DNA of 64,000 bases from a virus (IMGVR_UViG_3300031867_000003:138176-202175); one strand, 5' to 3'; counted from the first letter of the stretch, positions 34,079 through 44,558 are shown. Notes: generated by a model from the letters alone, not told the origin. Numbers and translations are program-made.

Positions 34079-34152
34079 TAGCGAGGGTTGGCTCTGCCCC
34101 AACGATCTCCAGAACATGACTCTGGCGAGATGACTGACTTCTCTACCTCGCA
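34079..34152 (-). tRNA. tRNA-Met(CAT)-like, atypical
   Basis: Full cloverleaf TGCGAGG/CCTCGCT, GAGA/TCTC, CCAGA-GTCATGT-TCTGG, GTTGG/CCAAC; 1-72 mismatch; non-canonical T loop GGCAGAG. Confidence 0.65.
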
Positions 34153-34238
34153 TTAATAGTAGCGTATAACCATTACTTAGCTACTACCGTGGTGCGCATC
34201 CACAAGTTTTAGGAATAACGGCTTTGTCAGCCAAAAAA

Positions 34239-34827
34239 TTACCAACCCAAAAAGTCAGTATTGATAATATCTCCAATCATACCTCTATCAAGGAATTTAG
34301 TCCCCTTATATCTAAATTGATGGCGACCGGTTTCATCCTAAAAGCAGAAGCAAAATCCGTGATTATCCTCGTCTATACACAGAGAATGATGTGGACCATG
34401 CTCATCACTCTGAATAAGCCTATTACCTTCCTCATCAAACTCCGGCTCACCGATAATCATTGGGAATACATCGCCCTCAACGTGAGGATAATCCTCAATA
34501 TAATCATAAGCGTACTCGGCAGCAATAAAATAATAGTCCGCCTCACAGTATACGAGCATCTTATCTCCCACATATTTCTCGGGGTCTGTAAACGCCGGCT
34601 GTACCAAAATAGTACGTTCGTCAATGCTAATAATATACGGCCCATTATCTTCTTCGGTAAACTCGGAACAATCGCTAAGTTCGCAGCCGAAGCGGATTCC
34701 AATATTGATGAAATCCCTAGCATCGTCGTAATCGGCGATAATCGGCGATAATTGCAAATCTCAGTTCATCGTCCCAATAATCATTAAAGAAACAATCAAC
34801 GTCTCTAATAATTTCAACATTTCTCAT
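34239..34827 (-). pseudogene. acidic hypothetical gene frameshifted by a 10-bp tandem duplication
   Basis: ATCGGCGATA x2 at 34731-34750; deleting one copy joins ATG 34827 to ORF 34338..34757, which reads through TAG to TAA 34239. Confidence 0.65.
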
Positions 34828-34872
34828 AATAATCCATCCTTTTAATCATAGCGGTCAAGTTAGGCAAATTCA

Positions 34873-36090
34873 TCATTGCTTAAACTTAACATCATATATA
34901 CAATCAAGGCCTTCATTCTCATCGATAACAAGAACAGTCTGCTCGGGGTAGTTATTTAGTCGCTTACTTATTGCAAACGAATCAGTACCGGACAAACAGC
35001 CGGTTTGCACAACTTTAACGTTGCTCCTGGTCATATAAGCATTGGTGTGTCGATGACCGAGGAGAATTAAATCCCACTTAATTCCTGTCAACTGATTAAG
35101 GTTATCAATGACATTATCCGGGGTATCTTTGTCGCCATGGACAAATGCCACATTCATACCGCGAACGGCAAACATCGCAATACCTTGTTCAATGTCATTA
35201 GTATGGAAAGTAACATTCTTAAAATTCTGAAGTTTAGCACTCAAGAACGGAATCACCAAATTATCAAAATTCTCATGATCGAGACTTTCTTTAATGTTTG
35301 GAGTAATTCGTGAGTGATTCCCGGGCGCCACATATACATTTACTTCATTAAATCGGTAACTAAGTGCCGCAATAAAATCTGCAACATAATCCATCACCAT
35401 AAGAAACTGGTCAATCAAATCTTGATTATTCTCGATACGGAGAGTGGAATGAATAATTCCCGATAGCATCTCAGATAGTAGTACGTAGGCGTTCTGACAA
35501 CCATGAATAAGTTGTATCTCAAATATACGGTCAAGGTAATGGTTAAGTCGTCTTTTTAACACATCCTCGTTGTACTCATTCCAAAAATTCTTAATCTCGA
35601 GACCGGCATGGACATCGGATAACGGAATAATCATATCTTTATCAGAAGTAATAGTGCCATGAAAACGAGCATTGTCCTCGTACTCCAGAGCGCGAGAATC
35701 CGCAGCATCAGTAATAGAACGAACAAACTGCTCCATATAGGATTCCTTCCGCGCTTGTTCGCGGAGTAATCGCCTATACTCATTACGCTCATCGCGCACC
35801 TTGACACGTTCTTTCTCCAGTTCTCGGCGAAGTTCGCGCAGCTCCTCGGCGTCCGCCGATTGAGTAGCGTCACCGAAATCCTCGCGGAATTTACGAACCA
35901 GTGCATACTTCTTCCTAAAAACTGAATCCGTAACATACTCGTCCGGGTTATCATTGAGTTCTTTATTAATACACTCGGCCAACTCGGGCCAAGTCATATC
36001 AATAAGTCCTTCATATTTTTTATCCCCCAGTCGGGTAATATACTGGAGTTCTGTTTCTCCGGGTAAACGTTTGGTAATTTGTTCAATCAT
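34873..36090 (-). CDS. calcineurin-like metallophosphoesterase (YonJ-like)
   Basis: SDVH, GNH, HGD, GHRH motifs after a coiled coil. Confidence 0.8.
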   Translation of the reverse strand: MIEQITKRLPGETELQYITRLGDKKYEGLIDMTWPELAECINKELNDNPDEYVTDSVFRKKYALVRKFREDFGDATQSADAEELRELRRELEKERVKVRDERNEYRRLLREQARKESYMEQFVRSITDAADSRALEYEDNARFHGTITSDKDMIIPLSDVHAGLEIKNFWNEYNEDVLKRRLNHYLDRIFEIQLIHGCQNAYVLLSEMLSGIIHSTLRIENNQDLIDQFLMVMDYVADFIAALSYRFNEVNVYVAPGNHSRITPNIKESLDHENFDNLVIPFLSAKLQNFKNVTFHTNDIEQGIAMFAVRGMNVAFVHGDKDTPDNVIDNLNQLTGIKWDLILLGHRHTNAYMTRSNVKVVQTGCLSGTDSFAISKRLNNYPEQTVLVIDENEGLDCIYDVKFKQ

Positions 36091-36107
36091 TAATTACCTC
36101 CCGATAA

Positions 36108-36329
36108 TCATTCCTCATCTTCAAAGGAATCCGTCAAATCCATCTCGTCCTTAGTAGAAATACTCACATCAATAGCCTCGCCACGGAACGGCTTAAAACA
36201 ATCTAGAATAGAAATTGTCTTAGATTCAGCGTCACCATTAATATACTCAAGAGTGGTACCATCTGCGGAAAGAGTACCTTTAATATTGAACTTAGAATTG
36301 ACAAGTTTCTTGTATTTATAATTCTGCAT
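36108..36329 (-). CDS. small YonK-like protein
   Basis: Size, position and IKGTL...F.GEAIDVSI pattern. Confidence 0.5.
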   Translation of the reverse strand: MQNYKYKKLVNSKFNIKGTLSADGTTLEYINGDAESKTISILDCFKPFRGEAIDVSISTKDEMDLTDSFEDEE

Positions 36330-36356
36330 AATTTATTTCTCCTTTTAATCCATCAA

Positions 36357-36659
36357 TTATTTCTTCACAGATACGCCGGAAGTTTTCGCAGCGTAATCCT
36401 TCGCACTTCTAATAGAAGCAAGCAGTATATCCATTGCCTGAGTCGGCTTAAACCCGGCCTTGGTCAACGCATCATATTTCTTCTTATAATTAGTGGCTTC
36501 AACCGCATAGTATTCATCGTTGCCGACCAAGTCTTTATACATACCAAAGAGTTCTCCGGCAGCGGAATAAATAATCGGTTTTGCCGCTTTGATAACCCCG
36601 GTAACCACGGAGTTAATTTCATCCGGGTTGGTCATCAATGCTTGTAATAATTCTTCCAT
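36357..36659 (-). CDS. hypothetical protein
   Basis: ORF with AAGGAG RBS. Confidence 0.65.
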   Translation of the reverse strand: MEELLQALMTNPDEINSVVTGVIKAAKPIIYSAAGELFGMYKDLVGNDEYYAVEATNYKKKYDALTKAGFKPTQAMDILLASIRSAKDYAAKTSGVSVKK

Positions 36660-36731
36660 AATCCTTGTATCTCCTTAAAAAAATACTGCGGAAATCCCCA
36701 CCCCTGAAATCTCCGCAGTTATATCAATATA

Positions 36732-37346
36732 TTAAGCAAGTACCTCATCAATTGTAATATCTTCACCAATTATCTTGTCAACGACGCCAAGTTCTTTAGC
36801 ACGATCTGCGTACATATAAAGCTCAACGTCATAATGTTCATCATAAAATTGCTCGTCCATGTTAGTACGGTTAAGAACAAATTGTTTTGCTCGGTCTTCT
36901 GCGGAGGAGAAAAAGCTCATTACTTCCTTCGCTTTTTTTGTACTGTTTGCAATACTTATGGAACCATCGTGCTGCAAAAAGATACTATTAGAGAAGGCCA
37001 CGCGCTCATGACAAGCCAAGAATATATGATAGCAAGCAGACGCAACCAAAGATAACCCAATGCCGATAACCGGCGTCTTACTCTGGAGAATAACATCCGC
37101 AACATTCTGTGAGACGAACGTATCCCCACCGACACTACTAAAGAATATTTTGATCGGTTTACGCTTATCTACCGGGATATCAACGTCATCCATATTCCAT
37201 TTGAGAATATACATCACAACGTTTTCTACCATGTTATCATCAACTTCTTCATTAAAAACGAGAATTCTTTTATTTAAGAACTCTCGATATAATTCATCAT
37301 ATGTGTCCGACTGAGAGCCGGAAATCGGCAGTATTAAATCATTCAT
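36732..37346 (-). CDS. clpP: ClpP-like protease
   Basis: RIL...KPIKIFFSSVGG...VASA (Ser)...LQH (His)...AKELGVVDKI. Confidence 0.8.
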   Translation of the reverse strand: MNDLILPISGSQSDTYDELYREFLNKRILVFNEEVDDNMVENVVMYILKWNMDDVDIPVDKRKPIKIFFSSVGGDTFVSQNVADVILQSKTPVIGIGLSLVASACYHIFLACHERVAFSNSIFLQHDGSISIANSTKKAKEVMSFFSSAEDRAKQFVLNRTNMDEQFYDEHYDVELYMYADRAKELGVVDKIIGEDITIDEVLA

Positions 37347-37370
37347 ATATAATCCCCCGTTAGTTATTAA

Positions 37371-37670
37371 TCATTCCTCACTCATTGCCTTGAGACGAGC
37401 CTCGACCTCACGGCGAACACGCTCTTCAAAATCGGCCTCACGGTCCTGGCGACGACGCTTCATAATTTCATCAAGGTCTTTTTCCAGTTCGGGGGTTTTC
37501 TCAAAAACAAAAACTGACCGTTTGTGGTCAGCATCATTTCTGTCAGCCTTAAGATGGGTAATTCTATGCCCCTTATCAAGAAGTTCATTAGCTATTGCAG
37601 CTTTTCTTATTATTTTACCTTCAACTGTTTCATCATTCGTATTTTGATTAATTGTATTAATTGTTAACAT
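37371..37670 (-). CDS. DUF5659-like small protein
   Basis: IANELLDKGHRITHLKADR...SVFVFEKT. Confidence 0.55.
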   Translation of the reverse strand: MLTINTINQNTNDETVEGKIIRKAAIANELLDKGHRITHLKADRNDADHKRSVFVFEKTPELEKDLDEIMKRRRQDREADFEERVRREVEARLKAMSEE

Positions 37671-39028
37671 TATTCCTTATTCTCCTTTTTAATTTCTTCA
37701 TATGAAAAAAATGTGTTATGGTGTGTTTTTTGACGCCCGAGACAAACGTCACTCACAGCTTTATGATTATACTTACCGTTTGTCTTTCTTTCCACATCAA
37801 TACAAGAGTCATAAACACCGATTAAATTATAATCCAAATCATAAGCATAAACTTTACGTCTATTTTTTACGGACGGATTATTATTATAAACATTTCGCTT
37901 TCTTTCAGCTATAAAATCATAATCAATTTCCCCATTTTCATATGCATCTTGCAAAAAAATTTTTACCCTTCTCTTACTTCTGTGAAGAGCTTTTGCAATT
38001 TCAACATAATCAGATTCTGGATTATTACTTTTGTAATCCATTATTTCCTTCAATATCTTATCCTTTTCCGTTATATAAATAGACTGCGCAAATTTACGAT
38101 ATTTATCTTTATCCGTTTTTAATAATCCAAGCTTATCCGCTTTAAGGATATAGTCACGAAATGTATGAAATCCAATATTTAACAATTTAGCCCCATCTTC
38201 TTGAGATATACCGCCATCAAATAGTTTAATGGCTTCTAAAAAATTAGATTTATTCGCAGCTATTTCGCATTCAGTCCAGTTAACATCAGAATCGCTAAAG
38301 TTTAATATCTATGGGAGAGAAGACTCTAATACAGATTTTTTAATATATTCTAAGTCGGAAAACGCACAGTCTAACTCTACATAATTTTCAATGCCATTTA
38401 AAATGGCTTTCTCTCTTTTTTCTTTATCGTTTTCTTTTTGCTCTTCCAAAGACCTCATATAATTAACTTGTTCAAAATGTTGTCTCCCGTGATTTTCTAT
38501 TATTAAATTATAATCTGGAATATATTGATCATAACGTTTTGTTGGGCTCCATTCAAAAATATGTTCTGGTCTAAATTCGACATTTAATTGTGTTAACATA
38601 TTCCTAATAAATTTATTAGGATAACTTATCCCATCGGAACATATAGGGCATGAAAAACCATAAGTATGTAATTCCGAAACGACAATTTCTTTCACATGTC
38701 CGCAATTAGGGCATTTTACTTTGATTCTTTTATTTGACTTAGGTCTTACGTTGTCTCCATCCTTAGGGTTTAATAAATATTTGGTTAAATCCGGTCTTAA
38801 AGTATTTAAATCATTGCAACCCGGAAGTACCTTCCTGCCAGAACAAACTGGACATCCATTTTTTAATCTGAGAAGTTGATCCGGTTTTCTTAAAAATTCA
38901 AAACCATCATTTAAACATCTTACTTTAATAGGCACCTTTGAATTTACATACTCCGATAACACCTAAATATTTGGATGTTTCTTTTTTAATCGTTCCACAA
39001 ATTCTTCATGAGTTAATAATTTTCCCAT
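37670..39028 (-). CDS. free-standing zinc-ribbon endonuclease with NUMOD1-like C-terminus (code 15, 2 TAG)
   Basis: ORFs 38309..38962 and 37670..38185 join via TAG; GCPVC, CPNCGH, YD...IIENHGRQH. Confidence 0.8.
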
Positions 39029-39062
39029 CTCATCAGTCCTTTCTTTATAGTACTTTCATTAT

Positions 39063-39233
39063 TCATTTATTATGAGATAACTCCTTCAAATCATTAATAA
39101 ACTTTTCAGTCACCTCAAAATAAAAAATAGTTGCACCTCTCCGATTTTTATCAGGTTGAAGGTCAACTATTTTATTACCCTTTCTAACTAATTGTTTCGC
39201 AGTATATCCATTAAATATTGGTTTTGTTTCCAT
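39063..39233 (-). CDS. DUF5659-like small protein
   Basis: AKQLVRKGNKIVDLQPDK...TIFYFEVT; similar to 37371..37670. Confidence 0.55.
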   Translation of the reverse strand: METKPIFNGYTAKQLVRKGNKIVDLQPDKNRRGATIFYFEVTEKFINDLKELSHNK

Positions 39234-39249
39234 ATATTCAAATCCTTTA

Positions 39250-40455
39250 TTATTCAAATAACTTAGCAAACAATTTACTTGTTTCACTTCGAACATCTTC
39301 CTCTAAATAAATACAAGCAAATTTAGGATTGCCTCGTAATTCCAAACTCATTTTATTAAGCGCATTATTCTTTGTCGGATTAATGACACTTTGTTTATAG
39401 TCACCATTGTAAAAAACCCGAGAATTTTCGCCGACACGAGTACCGATTAATCGTATCTGCTTTTCTGTTAAATCCTCGGCTTCATCTACAACAATTACGC
39501 TATTGTTATAAGTGCGACCCTTAATAAAATACGGAGTATTAGCTTCGATTACTCCGCGCTGAATTAATGATTCAAGTTCAAATTCTCCTCCGTCTAATTG
39601 ATCGGCAAAGGGCAGTAAGAAGTCATAAATTTTGTCTAGTTTCTCACCTGGTAAATAGCCGACTGCCTCACCCTCCGAAATAACCTCGCGAAGTGCAACT
39701 ATCTTAGATTGCCATCCCTTTTCTTGAATAGCATAAGTAGCCATACAAGTACTTAGTCTGGATTTTCCAGAGCCGTAGCCACCTAATATTGAAGCTATAG
39801 TAATGCTTGGATTATTCAATATGTCCAATCCACATCTCTGGAGAGAATTCTTACCTTTGATATATTTTGACGGTGGCAGCTTCAACGGTACAAACATCGA
39901 ACCGTCAAACCGCATTTCCTTAATTGAATCGTCATCTGTATTATTAATAATGATATACTCATTCGTATACCATTTAGAATAGTCTAAGTTATTCATATAG
40001 TTATTAATATACTCGGTATCCCCGGTAATCTTAACGTATCCCTTATAAATTTCATCCTGATGTTCAAATTCCTCAACGTCTAAACCAAACACTTGCTCGG
40101 CAATTACACGACATCCCACATCAAAAGTAATAAATTTAATAGGAGTTACATTGGTAGAATACCAAGACGCACACGCACAAATAATATTATCCGGCGTTTC
40201 GGGTATATTGTAAGAATTGATTAATTCCCTAATGGAATTATTATAGACAATGACCTCATATCGGTCTTTGTGATCGTTTAAGAATCGGATTGCTTTACGA
40301 GCCGCCGAACGAACATCATCTGTCTTGGAACGGCTATTTTTAATTTCTTCGAGCTCAAACAATGTTTTATCAGAAATAACAAACTCAACATCTGAGAAAT
40401 AATCCGGATTCTCAATCAACACATTAGTATCTAGGAATAGTTTTGCATCGCCCAT
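39250..40455 (-). CDS. phoH: PIN-PhoH (PhoH2-like) protein
   Basis: LDTNV PIN domain; GGYGSGKS, GYLPG, KGRT, VDEAE, GDYKQ. Confidence 0.9.
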   Translation of the reverse strand: MGDAKLFLDTNVLIENPDYFSDVEFVISDKTLFELEEIKNSRSKTDDVRSAARKAIRFLNDHKDRYEVIVYNNSIRELINSYNIPETPDNIICACASWYSTNVTPIKFITFDVGCRVIAEQVFGLDVEEFEHQDEIYKGYVKITGDTEYINNYMNNLDYSKWYTNEYIIINNTDDDSIKEMRFDGSMFVPLKLPPSKYIKGKNSLQRCGLDILNNPSITIASILGGYGSGKSRLSTCMATYAIQEKGWQSKIVALREVISEGEAVGYLPGEKLDKIYDFLLPFADQLDGGEFELESLIQRGVIEANTPYFIKGRTYNNSVIVVDEAEDLTEKQIRLIGTRVGENSRVFYNGDYKQSVINPTKNNALNKMSLELRGNPKFACIYLEEDVRSETSKLFAKLFE

Positions 40456-40485
40456 ACTATAAGCCCCCTTGCGGTAATATAATTA

Positions 40486-40671
40486 TTATCTGGTAAATGT
40501 AGTTACATTCTTGGAATTCCTATATTCCTCAAGTAACCGTATAGACTTTGGCGATGTAGTTAAGTAATAAACCTTAGCCCGACTTTTATGAGTCGCACTG
40601 CTCATATGGATATCTTGACCACGATTTTTACTTCTTAAAAATTTTGCCTCATCAGCAGAAATTTTAATCAA
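40486..40671 (-). CDS. small hypothetical protein
   Basis: TTG-start ORF MIKISADEAKFLR. Confidence 0.55.
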   Translation of the reverse strand: MIKISADEAKFLRSKNRGQDIHMSSATHKSRAKVYYLTTSPKSIRLLEEYRNSKNVTTFTR

Positions 40672-40762
40672 ATATTTTCACATCCTTATAATATATTTTT
40701 GATTTTACAAAAAAAATAAAGGGAGCGCAACAACACTCCCTTTAATAAATAATCAAATAAAA

Positions 40763-41038
40763 TTATGCGTTAACAGCTTCCTTTACGCTTGCACCAAATT
40801 TTACCTTCGGCGCTTCTTTAGCCGGAATAGCAAGAGGTTCGCCATTCTGCGGATTGCGTCCGGTATAAGCGTCTTTGTGAACCGTGTAGAACTTCATCCC
40901 CGTAAACGGAGTAACACCGTCCTCGGTCTTCATAGCTTCTACAATGGCCTCACCGACACCGACAAGGACTTCTTTCATATCCTTCTGAGAAAGATTACAC
41001 TTTGCTGCACACAGTTTTACAAAATCAAGTTTCTTCAT
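40763..41038 (-). CDS. hup: HU-like DNA-binding protein (YonN-like)
   Basis: GRNPQNGEPLAIPAKEAPKVKFG; AGGAG RBS before ATG 41038. Confidence 0.9.
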   Translation of the reverse strand: MKKLDFVKLCAAKCNLSQKDMKEVLVGVGEAIVEAMKTEDGVTPFTGMKFYTVHKDAYTGRNPQNGEPLAIPAKEAPKVKFGASVKEAVNA

Positions 41039-41202
41039 AATATAGTTCTCCTTTTTTTTCCTTAATATAATTGTATAATTGAATTTACGCCATTCTCGGC
41101 AATATAGCGTAAATGTAGTAAACATAAGGGTTTGCGATCCCTCATAAATGCTTGAATGGGGAAATTGCAAAATTTCACGTATTTACTGGAATTTTAAGCA
41201 TT

Positions 41203-43869
41203 TCACTTTTTCTTATGTGACCCCACATCAGGCGGTAATTCCCTTAAAAAACAAGACAAAAATAGCTTTGGATTAACTTCATACAATACCTTCAGAAGTA
41301 TCGATCTGTTCTTATCCGTTTTTCTCGATAGCTTGGCAGAGTTATTTTTAACCGCCGTCGAAAGAAGGAATGCCCGGTTAATCAGATAACATACCAAATC
41401 TCTGTAATTAGTAGATAGGCGAATTTGCCTAATATCATTTATTAACTCATCAAAGTCACTTCTAATAAGAAGAAACTCCTTGTCATATTCCCCAGTATAT
41501 ATATATTCTTCTCTAATACTCGCATAGTATCTAATAGAGTACCTCTCAATCCACTCCTCGACCTTGCGACTTTGTTTTCTATCACCTTTGTATTTGATAT
41601 GTTCCATAAAATCCCATAAGCCGACTGCATCTTGCCGGTAACTCATCTTGTTCAATTTTAAGTCCGCCAAATAATTCATAGGGCAGTGAAGATCGGGATT
41701 GATTTTTTCCTTATTAAAATTTTTCTTAATGTTAAGCCAAAACTTCGGATAACCATTGGTATCTATGTCCATATCTTTCTGAATACGGGCGATCTCATCC
41801 GAAATAGAAATATCAAATTGGCGCTTCGCAGAATCAATAGCCGCTTGGGCTATAACGCTAAGGATTGCCACATAGTCATCATATTTTCTATCATGGAACG
41901 TATAGGAATAAGTCTGGGCAAGCTGGGCAAGGTTTGATGACAATCCTATGTCAAGCTGCGATTTTGCCAGGGCATTATCAATCGCCGCATAATCGTCCAT
42001 AGTATTGTTGTATTTATTAGTGTCTTTAGGGATATTGTTAACAATAGTGGGATAACTTCTGTAACAATACTCTGCGTGACGAACAATATCCGGTTGATTG
42101 GTTACATACATTGAGTCGCTGTCCTGATCGCTCCCATTGTTACGATCTTGACAATCTGTACCAATCATATTAATAGCAATAATCTGATCACTAAACTTGA
42201 AGTATTTTTTCATCCTATCATCATAATGATTATGTAAATATGACATATTGAATTTCCCGTTGAACGGACTGCGAAATCCCGCCAGATATTCACCGTCATC
42301 AAATCGACTGGTATAACATTGAATGGTACCTTGTTCTTTAAGCAACGTAGTATCAAGGTCAACATCATCCGGATTTCCGGTAGCACCATATAATAGCATT
42401 GCATATGGAGAACCGACAATAACCAAGTTGTCAGCATTCTGAATTAGTTTGCCACTTTTGGCATTGTTTGCATATTCACGTATGATTCGACTTTTCCGCT
42501 CCCTAAAATATGAACATCTTACAAACTCCGGATTCCATTCACACAACGCCAACAATACGTTATAATCATTAGCGAAGTTAATGTTATGGCGGAGATAATC
42601 GAAAAATACTTCATTATCATTTTTTAGCTGTTGAATATAATTAACTGTCTCCGCGCATACGGCTTTCATGGTTGCTTCGTCCAATGAGTTCGTCATTTGA
42701 TACGACATTCGCTGCACCTTACCCAATTTACTGGGATGAGAATACTTCACCACGCCAAATTTGCAGCCGTTAGACTCCACCCATCGACACCAATAATCAT
42801 ATGAAAGGTCAAACTTAATCCACTTGACAGCATTATTAGTAGTTATTAATTCTATATCTTTAACATAATGGTCATTACCCCAGATATCCTTGACGGTATA
42901 CGTAGAATAATCCTCGCCGTGTTTCTCACACCAATCTCGGAAAAATTGCTTTATATTTGCATGAAACGCTGCCATTTTGGTAAAATGATGTCTCAACAAT
43001 ACATATCCATTCGCCCACTCCGGAAACACTGAATCATCAATTAACGCCTGACCGTCAAACAATTCGTTACTTAGTTCGTACTCATCTAGCCATTTTGCAT
43101 AACAATGCCGACGACTATCAGTTTCTATAGTGACAACATCTCGCGTAAAATACCGCTTTACATCATTAAGAACCAGTATATTTCTCGGATTGATAGTTGC
43201 GTAACCGACAATCCCACTGGCAACCAACGGAGCATAAGCAGATATCTCTACAATTGGGGCATTGGTACTCGGCAATTTAATTCCCATGTAGAGAAAGTTT
43301 CGTGCTTTATCAAACAACTCATCACGAATAAACATACAACTACCTTTTTTAGCTTTGCCCGTGGAGCGGAAGAGCATTTTGTAGTGAATAGTTTCTTCCT
43401 TATATATAGTACCGTCTTTTTTTCGCGATACATACTTTACGTCAACACCATTGTTATAATAGTCACTACGAACCTTATCTTTTAGTCGCCGAGTATATTG
43501 ATCCTTATTCTCATAGGTAGCTTCGAATAATTGATTGAGTTTGGCGATTTTATTCTTAGCCTTAGCAATCAAATATTGGTCATCTTTGGCTACGGCGCTT
43601 CGGTATTCATTGCGAGCACCCTTCAGTGTTTTATATAAGTGATCGATTTCATCCCGGTAAGATCTGGTTTTAAAGTTAAACTCCAAACCAATCACATCCC
43701 GTGTCGCTCCGCTATTACTAACATATAGCCCGTTCTCCATTAAAAAGTCGAGGAACAAGCTATTTACCAACATTGCCCGTTTGTATTCAAAATGATCACG
43801 TAATCCTAAATTGTACTCGTAATTTGTACTAGCTTCTATATTTTTAATTTCAACTCCGTACTCGCTGAT
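41203..43869 (-). CDS. yonO: YonO-like single-subunit DNA-dependent RNA polymerase
   Basis: FRSTGKAKKG, FDGQAL, RSP, NGSDQDSD (DxDxD metal motif), AIDSAK; synteny with HU as in SPbeta. The frame is open 32 codons above ATG 43773 to an ATC behind GAGGGGG. Confidence 0.85.
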   Translation of the reverse strand: MSEYGVEIKNIEASTNYEYNLGLRDHFEYKRAMLVNSLFLDFLMENGLYVSNSGATRDVIGLEFNFKTRSYRDEIDHLYKTLKGARNEYRSAVAKDDQYLIAKAKNKIAKLNQLFEATYENKDQYTRRLKDKVRSDYYNNGVDVKYVSRKKDGTIYKEETIHYKMLFRSTGKAKKGSCMFIRDELFDKARNFLYMGIKLPSTNAPIVEISAYAPLVASGIVGYATINPRNILVLNDVKRYFTRDVVTIETDSRRHCYAKWLDEYELSNELFDGQALIDDSVFPEWANGYVLLRHHFTKMAAFHANIKQFFRDWCEKHGEDYSTYTVKDIWGNDHYVKDIELITTNNAVKWIKFDLSYDYWCRWVESNGCKFGVVKYSHPSKLGKVQRMSYQMTNSLDEATMKAVCAETVNYIQQLKNDNEVFFDYLRHNINFANDYNVLLALCEWNPEFVRCSYFRERKSRIIREYANNAKSGKLIQNADNLVIVGSPYAMLLYGATGNPDDVDLDTTLLKEQGTIQCYTSRFDDGEYLAGFRSPFNGKFNMSYLHNHYDDRMKKYFKFSDQIIAINMIGTDCQDRNNGSDQDSDSMYVTNQPDIVRHAEYCYRSYPTIVNNIPKDTNKYNNTMDDYAAIDNALAKSQLDIGLSSNLAQLAQTYSYTFHDRKYDDYVAILSVIAQAAIDSAKRQFDISISDEIARIQKDMDIDTNGYPKFWLNIKKNFNKEKINPDLHCPMNYLADLKLNKMSYRQDAVGLWDFMEHIKYKGDRKQSRKVEEWIERYSIRYYASIREEYIYTGEYDKEFLLIRSDFDELINDIRQIRLSTNYRDLVCYLINRAFLLSTAVKNNSAKLSRKTDKNRSILLKVLYEVNPKLFLSCFLRELPPDVGSHKKK

Positions 43870-44202
43870 TTATACCGCCCCCTCAGTGGATAAACCAAAT
43901 AAATAATCATACAGTTCTTCCGGCGATTTCATAGAACGCTTAACACCATGCGGATCGGTATATTCCTGATTGGTTTTACCGCGCCCATAGTTTTTCTCCA
44001 GACAAAATGTGGTCACCGCATTAAAATCGGCATCTTCCGGAATGAGTAGCTTAAGCAATCTTAACATTGCGTCGTTATTATCCGGTTCAATTAAATAACC
44101 GTCCACATTATGTTTTTTGTATAAACTGTTTTTTGCATTTTGATAATCATCAATACGGGCCATTGACTCAATCGCCGTTACAAAATCTGATTTAGTTATC
44201 AA
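43870..44202 (-). CDS. hypothetical protein (paralogue of 44192..44545)
   Basis: Shared ..K..F...I..M and LYDYL motifs. Confidence 0.7.
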   Translation of the reverse strand: MITKSDFVTAIESMARIDDYQNAKNSLYKKHNVDGYLIEPDNNDAMLRLLKLLIPEDADFNAVTTFCLEKNYGRGKTNQEYTDPHGVKRSMKSPEELYDYLFGLSTEGAV

Positions 44203-44545
44203 TAGTATTTCTCCCCTTATTTTTATCCATCATCATTATCAAGTAATCATACAAAGCCCCCGCGGTGTTGAGCGGGTACTCTTCTCCGTCAACAACGTTT
44301 TTAAATTCGCCGCCATAATACTTGCCGAAATCCAACTCAAAACAAAACCAACTTATGACTTCCAGCTTATCATCAAACATTGCCTCAAGAACATCAGCCA
44401 ATTTAAACACACAATTTTGCGGACACCAATCAACATAATACCCATCGGAAAATTCCCGTCCGGCTTCATTGATAGCATCATCAAAGCGGATTGTTTGTTC
44501 CATAGCAGATATGGTCGCAAGAAAAGCTTCCTTATTTAATAGCAT
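44192..44545 (-). CDS. hypothetical protein
   Basis: ISWFCFELDFG...LYDYL phage motif. Confidence 0.7.
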   Translation of the reverse strand: MLLNKEAFLATISAMEQTIRFDDAINEAGREFSDGYYVDWCPQNCVFKLADVLEAMFDDKLEVISWFCFELDFGKYYGGEFKNVVDGEEYPLNTAGALYDYLIMMMDKNKGRNTIDN

Positions 44546-44558
44546 GGATAATTCCCCC

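Noticed and set aside
1-39028. Mass pseudogenisation or sequencing error as the cause of fragmented ORFs
   Set aside because: Breaks are almost exclusively in-frame TAG at Gln-compatible sites, never TAA/TGA; apart from the introns and the IS there is only one frameshift
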